A stretch of DNA of 64,000 bases from an uncultured Chloroflexia bacterium (GCA_963797095.1 CAWCNY010000005.1:416001-480000), one strand, 5' to 3'; shown: positions 45,649 to 55,097, counted from the stretch's first letter. Notes: generated from the sequence alone by a model not told the origin. Numbers and translations are program-made.

Positions 45649-47982
45649 TTGTTTGGAAACAGATCCCTTCCTCGTATCCTACTAATTGCCTGGCTGGCTT
45701 TCCTGCTGATCGCTGCCTTAGCTGCGCATTTCCTGGCGGGCGAGACAGATATATCTGTCAACAAGGACGGAGCCCGAATCTGGGCCGAAGTGCGAGGCAC
45801 CCAACTTGATGTGCCCACAAGCACTCTTCAGCTAGATCAGCTAGCCCAAATCAAGCTTCCGTCACTCGCCGAGCTAAAGATCGAGCCGCCTTCAAGCTCG
45901 CTCTACTGGCAGCCTGCCCAGCAAAACACCTTTTATGCTATCGGCGTGGCGGGCGAATGGCTGCAACAGACCTTGAGACCGCCATCCGAGTGGGTATCCG
46001 CCCGGGTAACTTATCAGAGCGGCAACTACAAACTAACTGCCGGCCGGGCGCTGGCGCTGGTCCCACTGGAGAGCAGCCCCGGAAATGGGGTGGTGCTGCT
46101 GGTGCGCCCTGAGCGCTCACTGATCCAGTGGTGGACATTAGAGAACGGCCAACCGCAAGACCAGTTGGTCGATACCAATTACCGGCCATCAGGCTTTGTC
46201 TCTGCGGGCGACCTTCTATCGGAGGTGGCCCTGATAGCGCTGGCTGCCGGGCTACTTTGCATGTTTGCCTGGCTTGTGGTCGTCTTCCTGGTGGCTATTT
46301 ACCGCCGCTCCATTGGGCCACTCTCGGCCACAAATGCGTTCCGAAGCCCACTGATCGGCGCGAACCTTGATACTACTCCTTCGACTTCAGCAACCACACC
46401 TACAGACGATGCACAAGTCCAGAGCAGAAGTTCCGTCCTCATGAGGATACGCCCCTCATACGTTGCGCTGGCCTTTTTCGCGCTTGGAACGGCGATCACT
46501 TCGGGGGCTTGCCTCCTTGTACTGGATGGCATTCCCCACGTACAGGACAGTGTCGCCTACCTGTTCCAGGGCAAGATATTCGCGCATTTGACCTCGTGGG
46601 CACCTGAGCCTCCTTCGCCTGAGTTCTTCCAGAACTCCTATATAGAATTCTTCCAGGGTCGTTGGTTCACCAAATACCCACCCGGCTATCCTTTGATGCT
46701 TACTTTGGGGGTGTGGGCCGGCCTCCCCTGGCTGATCAACGCTCTTAGCGCGGGTGCGGCTCTCGCCTTCATCTATGCCACCGGCCTGCGGATGTTCAAC
46801 ACGCACGTAGCCATGTGGGCGGCCCTGTTCGGGTTGATCTCGCCCTGGGTGATCTTCATGTCCGGCTCTTACATGTCGCACCCGACCACCATGATGTGGG
46901 TTGCCCTTTTCATATATGGGCTTGTGCAGCTACGGCTCTCTTATGCTCAGGCTAAACCTTCGCGCTTTCTCACTACCCCCTCAAGATGGGGCCTCCTGTC
47001 CGGATTCGCTATCGGTATGGCCTTTATCACCCGCGAATGGACCGCATTGGGTATCGGAGTTGGCGCTGCTATCTGGGGCATCGGTGACATAGCCTCGGCG
47101 GGTCGCCGTGCGCTTCGGAAACTGGTCCCATATATCATGATGGTAGCGGGTTTCGTGCCGCCTTTCCTCTTCCTCCTCTTTGAGAACCACGAACTGACCG
47201 GCGATTGGTTCCTCCTCCCCCAGGACCTCGTAGGCTCGTACGATCAACCAGGCTTTGGACCCGGCCACGGTAGCGAGATCGGCCATACTCCCGCGATGGG
47301 CCTCTACAACGCCCTGGTTTACTTGCGCACCCTGGCGATGGTCTTCAACGGCTGGCCTGCCCCCTTCGCCCTCGCACCGATCTTCCTGGGGCTTTTCGCA
47401 TGGATAATCGATAGACGTGACAAGCTGGCATGGGACCTGCTCCTGTGGCTTTCTCTGGCGGGATTGCTCGTGGCCTACTTTGCGTGGTGGTCCTCTACTA
47501 CCATCTTCGGCCCGCGCTACTGGTACGAGGGCATGCCCTTCCTCCTCTTGATGGCGGGGCGAGGCATGGATCTGCTTGGCCGCGCGGCAGCGCATTTATT
47601 TAGCGGGATTTGGGCACAGCGCGTGCGATGGGTCGTGCCCGCCACCATACTTGTCTTGTTCTCCCTCTACACTCTCACGCAAACCATGCCTGAGCAGGTG
47701 CAGGAGTACACCAACTATAACGATGTCAGCGCCGAATCTGTGAATGCCGTCAGCAAGGCTGGGCTAACAAACGCCCTGATATTCGTGGCACTCGACCCCG
47801 ACCAGAAGAACCGCGACTACGGCAAGGTCTTCTTCGCGAACGACCCCTTCCTGGAAGGCAATATCGTATACGTGCGCGACCTGGGGCTCGACGCCAACAC
47901 CTACTACGCCAGTCTCTACCCATCACGCCAACCCTACTATCTGCCCCTCACCGGCCCGCCCAAGCCCGGGGTCAGCCCCTAG
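45649..47982 (+). CDS. ArnT/GT39-like (GT-C) membrane glycosyltransferase
   Basis: PHVQDSVAY, KYPPGYP, SYMSHP, GPRYWYE; about 12 TM. Confidence 0.8.
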   Translation: MFGNRSLPRILLIAWLAFLLIAALAAHFLAGETDISVNKDGARIWAEVRGTQLDVPTSTLQLDQLAQIKLPSLAELKIEPPSSSLYWQPAQQNTFYAIGVAGEWLQQTLRPPSEWVSARVTYQSGNYKLTAGRALALVPLESSPGNGVVLLVRPERSLIQWWTLENGQPQDQLVDTNYRPSGFVSAGDLLSEVALIALAAGLLCMFAWLVVVFLVAIYRRSIGPLSATNAFRSPLIGANLDTTPSTSATTPTDDAQVQSRSSVLMRIRPSYVALAFFALGTAITSGACLLVLDGIPHVQDSVAYLFQGKIFAHLTSWAPEPPSPEFFQNSYIEFFQGRWFTKYPPGYPLMLTLGVWAGLPWLINALSAGAALAFIYATGLRMFNTHVAMWAALFGLISPWVIFMSGSYMSHPTTMMWVALFIYGLVQLRLSYAQAKPSRFLTTPSRWGLLSGFAIGMAFITREWTALGIGVGAAIWGIGDIASAGRRALRKLVPYIMMVAGFVPPFLFLLFENHELTGDWFLLPQDLVGSYDQPGFGPGHGSEIGHTPAMGLYNALVYLRTLAMVFNGWPAPFALAPIFLGLFAWIIDRRDKLAWDLLLWLSLAGLLVAYFAWWSSTTIFGPRYWYEGMPFLLLMAGRGMDLLGRAAAHLFSGIWAQRVRWVVPATILVLFSLYTLTQTMPEQVQEYTNYNDVSAESVNAVSKAGLTNALIFVALDPDQKNRDYGKVFFANDPFLEGNIVYVRDLGLDANTYYASLYPSRQPYYLPLTGPPKPGVSP

Positions 47983-48036
47983 CCGTTTGCATGTGTTATA
48001 ATCTCCCAGACCTATGTGGCCGGAGATTCTTGCATA

Positions 48037-48987
48037 ATGACCCAGAAGGCAACTAGATCGCAGGGCACAGACGACCGCGAGCAATTGAATTTACGCCCCG
48101 GTATTTCGGTATTTTTCCCGGCATATAACGATGCAGGCACCATTGCCTCTATGGTGCTTGCTGCTCTTCGCACCTGCGCCCGGCTCACCGATGACTACGA
48201 GGTGATAGTGGTCGAAAACGGCAGCGACGACTATACGGTCGAAGTCCTCGAAGACCTGGCGAATACCTACGACCACCTGCGCATCTTCAGCCACCGCGAA
48301 GCTCTCGGCTATGGCGGCGCGCTCCAGAAGGGCTTCAAAGAGGCCACCAAGGAACTAGTTTTCTACACCGATGGCGACGCCCAATATGACCCGCATGAGC
48401 TTGCCCTCATGTATGCTGCCTTGCGCCCTGAGGTGGACGTAGTGCAGGGCTATAAGATTGCCCGCAACGACCCCGTCTTTCGCAAGATCATCGGGCGCAC
48501 CTATCACTGGATCGTCAAGATCGCTTTCGGCCTACCCATACGCGACACAGACTGCGACTTTCGCCTGATCCGCAAGTCGGCCCTAGCCCGCTTTGACCTC
48601 AAGTCAAAGACGGGCACAATCCCCCTTGAATTGGTCAAGAAGCTCACAGACTCCGGCGCGGTCTTCGCCGAAGTACCCGTACACCACTACCACCGCGTGT
48701 ACGGGCGGTCGCAGTTCTTCAACTTCCCACGCCTCTGGGCTACGGGCGTCAATCTAATCCAACTCTGGATCGAGTTGGTCCTCATACCTCTGATCACCAA
48801 GCGCAAGCCCGTCAAAAACGTCAAACCTCGCACCCATAGCGTGCCGGTCAACCCATCGCTCGCCTACCAGACCGAGGCTCAGGCACGTGCCCTGACAAAC
48901 GGCGTCCCAACGGAAGATATCGCCGCCGAACAGCTGCCTATCCAAAATCCGGAATCCAGCACCCAAAATAGAGTGGAGGAAAGATAG
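48037..48987 (+). CDS. GT2 glycosyltransferase (polyprenol-phosphate sugar synthase-like)
   Basis: FFPAYND, VVENGSDD, GYGGAL..G, YTDGDAQYDP, DTDCDFRL; TGtTATAAT at 47994-48002. Confidence 0.9.
   Translation: MTQKATRSQGTDDREQLNLRPGISVFFPAYNDAGTIASMVLAALRTCARLTDDYEVIVVENGSDDYTVEVLEDLANTYDHLRIFSHREALGYGGALQKGFKEATKELVFYTDGDAQYDPHELALMYAALRPEVDVVQGYKIARNDPVFRKIIGRTYHWIVKIAFGLPIRDTDCDFRLIRKSALARFDLKSKTGTIPLELVKKLTDSGAVFAEVPVHHYHRVYGRSQFFNFPRLWATGVNLIQLWIELVLIPLITKRKPVKNVKPRTHSVPVNPSLAYQTEAQARALTNGVPTEDIAAEQLPIQNPESSTQNRVEER
48940..48969. repeat. Degenerate heptamer tract (ATCCAAA type) in the GT2 C-terminus
   Basis: ATCCAAA ATCCGGA ATCCAGC ACCCAAA AT just before the SD of the next gene. Confidence 0.65.
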
Positions 48988-50069
48988 TGCCAGGTACACT
49001 TCCCGGCAGCGGGCCGGTGCGTGCCTGGGACACCGGGGTGCTGGACGATCCACCGACGGACGACAGCGTGCGCCCGCCCGCCCCCTACGAAGAGATCTAC
49101 GCTGGCAAGAAAGTGATGATCACCGGCGGGTTGGGGTTCATCGGCTCCAATCTTGCCCGCAGACTGGTACACATCGGGGCCAATGTGCTCCTGGTCGATT
49201 CGCTGATCCCGAACTACGGGGGCAACCGCCGCAATATCGCGGGCATCGAAGATCGGGTGCGCGTCAATATCGCCGATGTACGCACCCAATGGTCCATGAA
49301 CTTTCTGGTACAAGGGCAGGACTACCTCTTCAACCTGGCCGGGCAGGTCAGTCATCTCGACTCGATGATCGACCCCATGACCGACCTGGAGATCAACTGC
49401 CGCAGCCAGCTTTCGATCCTCGAAGCCTGCCGCCACAACAACCCGCAGGTAAAGATCGTGTTCGCTGGCACGCGCCAGCAGTACGGCAAACCCGACTACC
49501 TCCCCATAGACGAAAACCACCCGATGCACCCCACCGACGTGAACGGCATCAACAAGATGGCGGGTGAGTGGTACCACATCCTCTACAACAATGTGCACGG
49601 CATCAGGGCCGCATCCTTGCGCCTCACCAACACCTATGGCCCGCGCCAGTATATGAAAGACTCTCGCATGGGCTTCATAGGCTGGTTCATCCGGAGGGCG
49701 GTGCTCGGTGAGGAGATAGCGATCTATGGCGAGGGCACTCAGATACGCGACTTCAACTATGTAGACGACGTCGTAGATGCCTTCCTGCGAGTAGGCGCGA
49801 GCGAGGAGGCCAACGGGCAGGTGTTCAACCTCGGCGGTGAACCGATCAACCACCTCGACCTCACCAGGCTATTGATCAGAGTGGCCGGAAGCGGCTCCTA
49901 CACGCTGATCCCCTGGCCGCCCGACCGCAAGAAGATCGACATAGGCAACGTGTACAGCTCCTATGCCAAAATAGAGCGCGCTCTCGGCTGGAAGCCGACC
50001 GTTAGGCTGGCCGAAGGCTTGCGCCGGACCGTGGAGTTCTACCGACGCGAAGGCCAGTATTATTGGTAG
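48987..50069 (+). CDS. NAD-dependent epimerase/dehydratase (extended SDR)
   Basis: ITGGLGFIGSNL, FNLAG, NTYGPR, RDFNYVDD; the catalytic YxxxK reads NGINK. Confidence 0.9.
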   Translation: MPGTLPGSGPVRAWDTGVLDDPPTDDSVRPPAPYEEIYAGKKVMITGGLGFIGSNLARRLVHIGANVLLVDSLIPNYGGNRRNIAGIEDRVRVNIADVRTQWSMNFLVQGQDYLFNLAGQVSHLDSMIDPMTDLEINCRSQLSILEACRHNNPQVKIVFAGTRQQYGKPDYLPIDENHPMHPTDVNGINKMAGEWYHILYNNVHGIRAASLRLTNTYGPRQYMKDSRMGFIGWFIRRAVLGEEIAIYGEGTQIRDFNYVDDVVDAFLRVGASEEANGQVFNLGGEPINHLDLTRLLIRVAGSGSYTLIPWPPDRKKIDIGNVYSSYAKIERALGWKPTVRLAEGLRRTVEFYRREGQYYW

Positions 50070-50128
50070 ACGGGGAATGGCTAACAGATGCTGTGCTATA
50101 ATCAAAGCATAGCCGAATGGAGGGTGCT

Positions 50129-50359
50129 ATGCTGGACACACAGGACATTTCCCAACTGATCAATCGCGACCCGGAGATAATGTCCGGTACACCGGTCTTT
50201 ATGGGCACGCGCGTACCTGTCCAAACATTATTCGACTGGCTGGAAGATGGCGAGTATTCGCTTGATGATTTCCTCGATAACTTCCCTAGTGTGTCACGTG
50301 AGCAAGCCGTTGCTGTACTCGAAGTGTACAGAAAATTGCTCCTAGCAGAGGTGCAATGA
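50129..50359 (+). CDS. DUF433 antitoxin-like protein
   Basis: DPEIMSGTPVFMGTRVPV..LFDWLE; own TGcTATAAT at 50094-50102 flanked by ATGCT/AGCAT. Confidence 0.92.
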   Translation: MLDTQDISQLINRDPEIMSGTPVFMGTRVPVQTLFDWLEDGEYSLDDFLDNFPSVSREQAVAVLEVYRKLLLAEVQ

Positions 50360-50673
50360 GGATACTGCTGGACGAATGCCTACCAAGACTGTTGAAACGA
50401 GACCTCGCCGATCATCAAGTTGCAACTGTTACGGAAATGGGCTGGTCAGGCATGATGAACGGCAAGTTGCTCACAATAGCTGAAGAGCACTTTGACATAT
50501 TGCTCACAGTTGACAGCGGAATAGAGCATCAACAGAACCTCAAGAACAAACAGATAGCGATCGTGATATTGGACGCCCCTAATAAGGTCCGCTATCTGCA
50601 ATTGCTTGTGCCTGCTCTGCTTGATGCGCTACCTACGATCCAGCCAGGAACCATTGTGCACATTAGCGAATGA
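50356..50673 (+). CDS. DUF5615 PIN-like toxin
   Basis: MRILLDECLP, MGWSG..NGKLL, FDILLTVD, QQNL; ATGA overlap with DUF433. Confidence 0.9.
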   Translation: MRILLDECLPRLLKRDLADHQVATVTEMGWSGMMNGKLLTIAEEHFDILLTVDSGIEHQQNLKNKQIAIVILDAPNKVRYLQLLVPALLDALPTIQPGTIVHISE

Positions 50674-50735
50674 TATTGAGGTGATACCTTTGAGAGTAGG
50701 GCCGCTGCGTCGTGCGCAGTGACTTGACTAGCAGC

Positions 50736-51854
50736 ATGATCTACATCAACAACACTCGCGCCCAATACAACTCCATCAAGGACGAAATCCTGCGCGCCAC
50801 CGAGGCGGTGATGGAGAAGAGCTACTTCATCCTGGGCGAGAACGTGGCTGCTTTCGAGCGAGAATTCGCCGACGAGTGCGGCACAAAATACGCGGTGGGC
50901 GTCGCCAACGGTACCGACGCTATAGCGCTGGCTTGCAGGGCGCTGGGGTGCGGACCGGGCGATGAGGTAGTCACATCTCCGCACACCGCCACATTCAGCG
51001 CACTTGGAATCTCCATGTCGGGCGCAACCCCCACCTTCGCCGATATCGAGCCGGACACCGGCAACATCGACCCGGCGAAGGTCGAAGCCGCCATCACCCC
51101 CCGCACGAAGGCCCTCATGCCGATCCACCTCTACGGGCAGATGGCCGACATGGACCCCATCCTCGAGATCGGCCAGCGCCACGGCATACCCGTGATCGAA
51201 GATGCAGCACAGGCCCACGGCGCGACCTACCGGGGCCGAAAATCAGGCTCCTTAGGGGCCATAGGCGCGTTCTCCTTCTACCCGACCAAGAACCTCGGCG
51301 CTTACGGCGATGGCGGCGCGCTCACTACCGACGACCCTGAGATTGCGCAGCTACTAAAAGAGATGCGCAACGGCGGGCAGCGTACCCGCTACGACCATGT
51401 GCGCCTCGGTGTGAACAGCCGCATGGACGAGCTACAGGCCGCCATCCTTCGCGTGAAGCTGCCGCACCTGGACGACTGGAACCTGGCGCGCCGCCGCAAC
51501 GCCGAACGCTACGCCAGGCTCCTGGCAGAAGCCGGCATACCCGTGCGCCCCCTCGCGATCAGAGATTACGGCGAGACGTGCATGCACCTTTATATCGTGC
51601 GCGTTCGAGCGGAAGAGCGCGACCCGTTGATCGCCCATCTGGCCGACCACGGCATCGCCGCCATGATCCACTATCCCGTGCCCGTCCATCTATCAACTGC
51701 TTACAGCTTCCTCGATCTCCCAGAAGGCTCCTACCCCCACGCCGAGAGCATGGCCCGCGAGATAATCACTCTACCAATGTACCCGGAATTGACCGCCGAG
51801 CAGGCCGGTCAAGTAGTAGATGCGCTGGTCTCATTCTATCAAGGGGATCAATGA
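50736..51854 (+). CDS. DegT/DnrJ/EryC1/StrS sugar aminotransferase
   Basis: VANGTDA, PIHLYGQ, IEDAAQAHGA, FSFYPTKNLGAYGDGG, NSRMDELQAA. Confidence 0.95.
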   Translation: MIYINNTRAQYNSIKDEILRATEAVMEKSYFILGENVAAFEREFADECGTKYAVGVANGTDAIALACRALGCGPGDEVVTSPHTATFSALGISMSGATPTFADIEPDTGNIDPAKVEAAITPRTKALMPIHLYGQMADMDPILEIGQRHGIPVIEDAAQAHGATYRGRKSGSLGAIGAFSFYPTKNLGAYGDGGALTTDDPEIAQLLKEMRNGGQRTRYDHVRLGVNSRMDELQAAILRVKLPHLDDWNLARRRNAERYARLLAEAGIPVRPLAIRDYGETCMHLYIVRVRAEERDPLIAHLADHGIAAMIHYPVPVHLSTAYSFLDLPEGSYPHAESMAREIITLPMYPELTAEQAGQVVDALVSFYQGDQ

Positions 51855-51949
51855 GGGAATCTTGAAGCAACTTGGGAGCGCAAAGAGCCTCGAACGCGAA
51901 ATATCTCCGGTGCGCCGCCTGGTACGCCGATTTCCATACTGGAACCACT

Positions 51950-52447
51950 ATGAAACAATCTGATCCGCCCCACGAGCCGCCGAAGAACCAAATAGGTGCT
52001 GGTGCGCTTTTTCTCGATGCGTCAGGCAATATACTCATCGTCAAACCATCGTATAGAGGAGGGTAGCTGTTGCCGGGCGGCATAGTCGAAGCAGGCGAAT
52101 CGCCCTTGCAAGCGTGTATCCGCGAGGTTGCCGAGGAGGTGGGCATTACACTCCATATCGAGCAACTCCTGTGCGTAGACTATTCTCACCAATCACGCGG
52201 AAAACCGGAAAGCCTCCAATTCGTCTTCTATGGTGGAGTGTTCCCCGATCAGACGCGCATTAACCTACCAAACGGCGAGCTAATTGCATATTACTTCGTT
52301 CCCTTCGAACAAGCTCGTACTATGCTGACTGCCAGGTCGGCGCGCCGGATCGCTCGTTGCATTGACGCGTTGAACGACGGCACGACCCTCTACCTTGAGA
52401 ACGGCGAAGATGCATTTCCCGGTTCGCCCAAAACAAACAGTGTATAA
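51950..52447 (+). pseudogene. NUDIX hydrolase interrupted by an in-frame TAG
   Basis: AGALFLD..GNILIVKPSYRGG*LLPGGIVEAGES...REVAEEVG; TAG at 52064-52066 where Trp is expected. Confidence 0.85.
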
Positions 52448-52455
52448 TTACACAC

Positions 52456-52932
52456 ATGGAACCGGAAGCCCATTTCGCGATTGCCGAGGCCGAAGAAGAC
52501 CGGCATCAAGCCCAAACAGCCGCTAAACAGAGAGGAGCTTTAAAGATGGACGCCGCCTGGTGGAGCACGTTTGGCCTGCTGATGATCGCCATGTGCCTGA
52601 CCGTTACCGGCGAACTGCTGCTCAAGTCAGGCATGAACCGCCACGGCGAGTTGAACGTCAGTTTCTCAACTCTTATCCCAACTGCGGTCAAGCTCTTTAG
52701 CAGCCCGTGGGTGGTGGGTGGCTTCGTCTTTGTGTTCAGTGGCGCCCTCTTCTGGCTGGCCGTGCTTTCTCGCTGGCCCCTCTCAATGGCCTATCCTCTC
52801 CTCTCAATAAGCTATATCATCGGCATCATCGCCTCGGTGCTCTTCCTGGGCGAAAAAGTCAACACTATCCAGGTGGTGGGTGTGCTAGTGATCATCCTCG
52901 GAGTCTTCCTGATCAGCAGGAGCAATGGATGA
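52456..52932 (+). CDS. EamA/SMR small transporter (ArnE/ArnF flippase-like)
   Basis: GELLLKSGM, WLAVLSR.PLSMAYPLLS, LFLGEKV; 4 TM. Confidence 0.85.
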   Translation: MEPEAHFAIAEAEEDRHQAQTAAKQRGALKMDAAWWSTFGLLMIAMCLTVTGELLLKSGMNRHGELNVSFSTLIPTAVKLFSSPWVVGGFVFVFSGALFWLAVLSRWPLSMAYPLLSISYIIGIIASVLFLGEKVNTIQVVGVLVIILGVFLISRSNG

Positions 52933-54053
52933 ACGTGGACGAAGAACGAACGACCAGGGACCCAGGATCGCAGCCCTCGGTCTCACCCACCGCTGAGCCG
53001 CGCCCTATCGCGGTCGCGCCGCACACGGGCAGGATGGCTCACCATTCGCTCAAAGAGATCCAGATGGCAACAGGCACAGTACCTCCCCAACCACAGCCTG
53101 CCCCTGTGGAAGAAAAGTCAGACGAATACACCCTTTCGGTAGTGATCCCGGCGTATAACGAGGGCGACTCGGTTGACCGTGTCATCTACAAGATCCGCGA
53201 GCTACGCCCCCTGGCCGAGATCATCGTGGTGGACGACGGCTCACGCGACGACACAGCAGATGCGGCCCGCCGGGCAGGCGCGCGCGTAATACGGCACCCT
53301 TACAACAAGGGCAACGGCGCTGCCGTCAAGACAGGCTTGCGCGCCGCCCGCGGCGATGTGGTACTCCTGCTCGACGCCGACGGTCAGCACCCCCCTGAGG
53401 ACATAAAGCGGGTGCTTGCACCGATAGGCGAATATGACCTGGTGGTGGGTGCGCGCACGCGCCAATCGCAAAGCGCCTTCATCCGCGATGTTGGCAACTC
53501 CATATTCAACAGCCTGGCAAGCTATCTGGCAGGGAGGAGCATCCCCGATCTGACATCAGGCTTCCGCGCCATGAAACGCGATATGATCATGGAGTTCATC
53601 CATCTCTTGCCCAACCTCTACTCCTACCCTACTACCAGCACCCTGGCCTTCCTTAAGGCAGGTTACAATGTTGAGTTTGTGCCTATAGTCGCTCGCAAGG
53701 GCACCGGCCGCAGCAACACCAAGATCTTCCGCGACGGCACACGCGCCATCGTGATCATCCTGCGCATTATCACCCTGTTCGCGCCCATGAAGATATTTCT
53801 GCCGTTGAGCATAATTCTGTTCCTCGGCGGCGTGGTCTACGGCCTCGCCAACATCTTCCTGGCGGGCATCAGCCGCATCCCCAACGGCTCTGTGCTCCTC
53901 ATCCTGAGCAGCCTCTTCATCTTCCTCTTCGGCCTCATCTCCGAGCAGATCGCCGCCATGCGCTTCGAGTCCAGCCAGAGGCCACGCGCCACGGGCGACG
54001 GGCCATGGTCCATTGAAGATGGACGTACAAATACCGGCAAGGATCAAAAATAG
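52929..54053 (+). CDS. GT2 glycosyltransferase with two C-terminal TM helices (ArnC/GtrB-like)
   Basis: VVIPAYNE, VVDDGSRD, NKGNGAAVKTG, LDADGQHPP, DLTSGFRA; ATGA overlap with the upstream gene. Confidence 0.9.
   Translation: MNVDEERTTRDPGSQPSVSPTAEPRPIAVAPHTGRMAHHSLKEIQMATGTVPPQPQPAPVEEKSDEYTLSVVIPAYNEGDSVDRVIYKIRELRPLAEIIVVDDGSRDDTADAARRAGARVIRHPYNKGNGAAVKTGLRAARGDVVLLLDADGQHPPEDIKRVLAPIGEYDLVVGARTRQSQSAFIRDVGNSIFNSLASYLAGRSIPDLTSGFRAMKRDMIMEFIHLLPNLYSYPTTSTLAFLKAGYNVEFVPIVARKGTGRSNTKIFRDGTRAIVIILRIITLFAPMKIFLPLSIILFLGGVVYGLANIFLAGISRIPNGSVLLILSSLFIFLFGLISEQIAAMRFESSQRPRATGDGPWSIEDGRTNTGKDQK
52938..52972. repeat. Degenerate heptamer tract (GACGAAG type)
   Basis: GACGAAG AACGAAC GACCAGG GACCCAG GATCGCA right after the stop at 52932. 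Confidence 0.55.
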
Positions 54054-54089
54054 CCGAAGCAAAACCTCTGCGCCTCCGCGGCAAGACAT

Positions 54090-54176
54090 ATTCTGCATTC
54101 CGCACCTGGAATTCCGCACTCCGCATTTCTAATGACTTAATCCGAAATCCGAAATCCGAAATCCGAAATCCGAAAT
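54090..54176. repeat. Two adjacent heptamer tracts: ATTCCGC type x6 and (AATCCGA)x5
   Basis: ATTCTGC ATTCCGC ACCTGGA ATTCCGC ACTCCGC ATTTCTA (54090-54131); five perfect AATCCGA (54139-54173). Confidence 0.92.
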
Positions 54177-54203
54177 TGGTCCCTCCGGATCGGAGGCACG
54201 GCC

Positions 54204-55097
54204 CTGTTTGTCGCCCTCCTCATATGGCTCGACCTGCGCGGCGATTTGCGTCTCGGTGACATCTTCTCCACGCTCGGCACCGCCAACCTCCTCCTTGTTG
54301 GCCTCTCCATAGCTCTCTACGTGGGGTTTCTAACTGTGAAGGCCGAGCGCTGGCGGCTGGTATCTACCGATATGGGAATGCCCCTGACATGGGGGCAGGC
54401 ATGGCGCATCTATGCAATCGGACTGGCAGCGGGTACCTTCACACCGGGCCAGGCAGGCGATGCGCTCAAGGCGTGGTACCTGCAGCGCCTGGGCTATGGG
54501 CTGGGCCGCGCCCTCGGCAGTTCCATCCTCGACAGGCTATTCGATGTGGCCGCCCTCGCCCTACTCGGGCTGCTGGGTGTTGCCGTCTATGGCAGCAAGT
54601 TCGCGGGCCAAACCCCCGCCCTCATCGGCCTGACCCTTCTGTGCATCGGCATAGCCGCCTTCTTTGCCTACAACCGCACCCGCCGGTGGGCCGTTAACCT
54701 CTTGATACGCAGGCTGGCACGCTTCAGGGGCCAGGAGCCGGGGAGCGCGACCCAGGGACCTGGCTGGACCCTCCACCGGGCGACCATCATCAACGTAGCT
54801 CTCCTTACAGTCGCCAGTTTCACGTTCTCGATCTTCCGCGTGTGGCTGCTGGCCGCCGCCATAGGCGTAGGGCTTGGCCCACTTGAGGTATCAGGCTACG
54901 TGGGGCTGACCACCGCTGCCGCTCTCGTGCCCGTCACCGTGGGTGGCATCGGCACGCGCGACGTAGTTTCGGCCCTGGCCCTGCAACAACTAGGGTATGC
55001 GCCTGAGGTTGGCGTAGCTCTCTCTGCGCTGATCCTGCTGCTCAATCTATCGCAGGCGATCATAGGCTGGCTCGTCTGGCTGAGGTATCACAAGTGA
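54204..55097 (+). CDS. Lysylphosphatidylglycerol synthase TM-domain (flippase-like) protein
   Basis: KAERW, FTPGQAGD..K, LDRLFD, PVTVGGIGTRD; the frame is open upstream to a TAA at 54138; start uncertain (54204 CTG, 54246 TTG, or 54132 ATG if the stop is an error). Confidence 0.8.
   Translation: MFVALLIWLDLRGDLRLGDIFSTLGTANLLLVGLSIALYVGFLTVKAERWRLVSTDMGMPLTWGQAWRIYAIGLAAGTFTPGQAGDALKAWYLQRLGYGLGRALGSSILDRLFDVAALALLGLLGVAVYGSKFAGQTPALIGLTLLCIGIAAFFAYNRTRRWAVNLLIRRLARFRGQEPGSATQGPGWTLHRATIINVALLTVASFTFSIFRVWLLAAAIGVGLGPLEVSGYVGLTTAAALVPVTVGGIGTRDVVSALALQQLGYAPEVGVALSALILLLNLSQAIIGWLVWLRYHK

Noticed and set aside
52064-54140. Genome-wide stop-codon reassignment suggested by two in-frame stops
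   Set aside because: The stops differ (TAG, TAA), and conserved genes here end normally at TAG and TAA; no suppressor tRNA is seen (the tRNA anticodon TAG reads Leu CUA)
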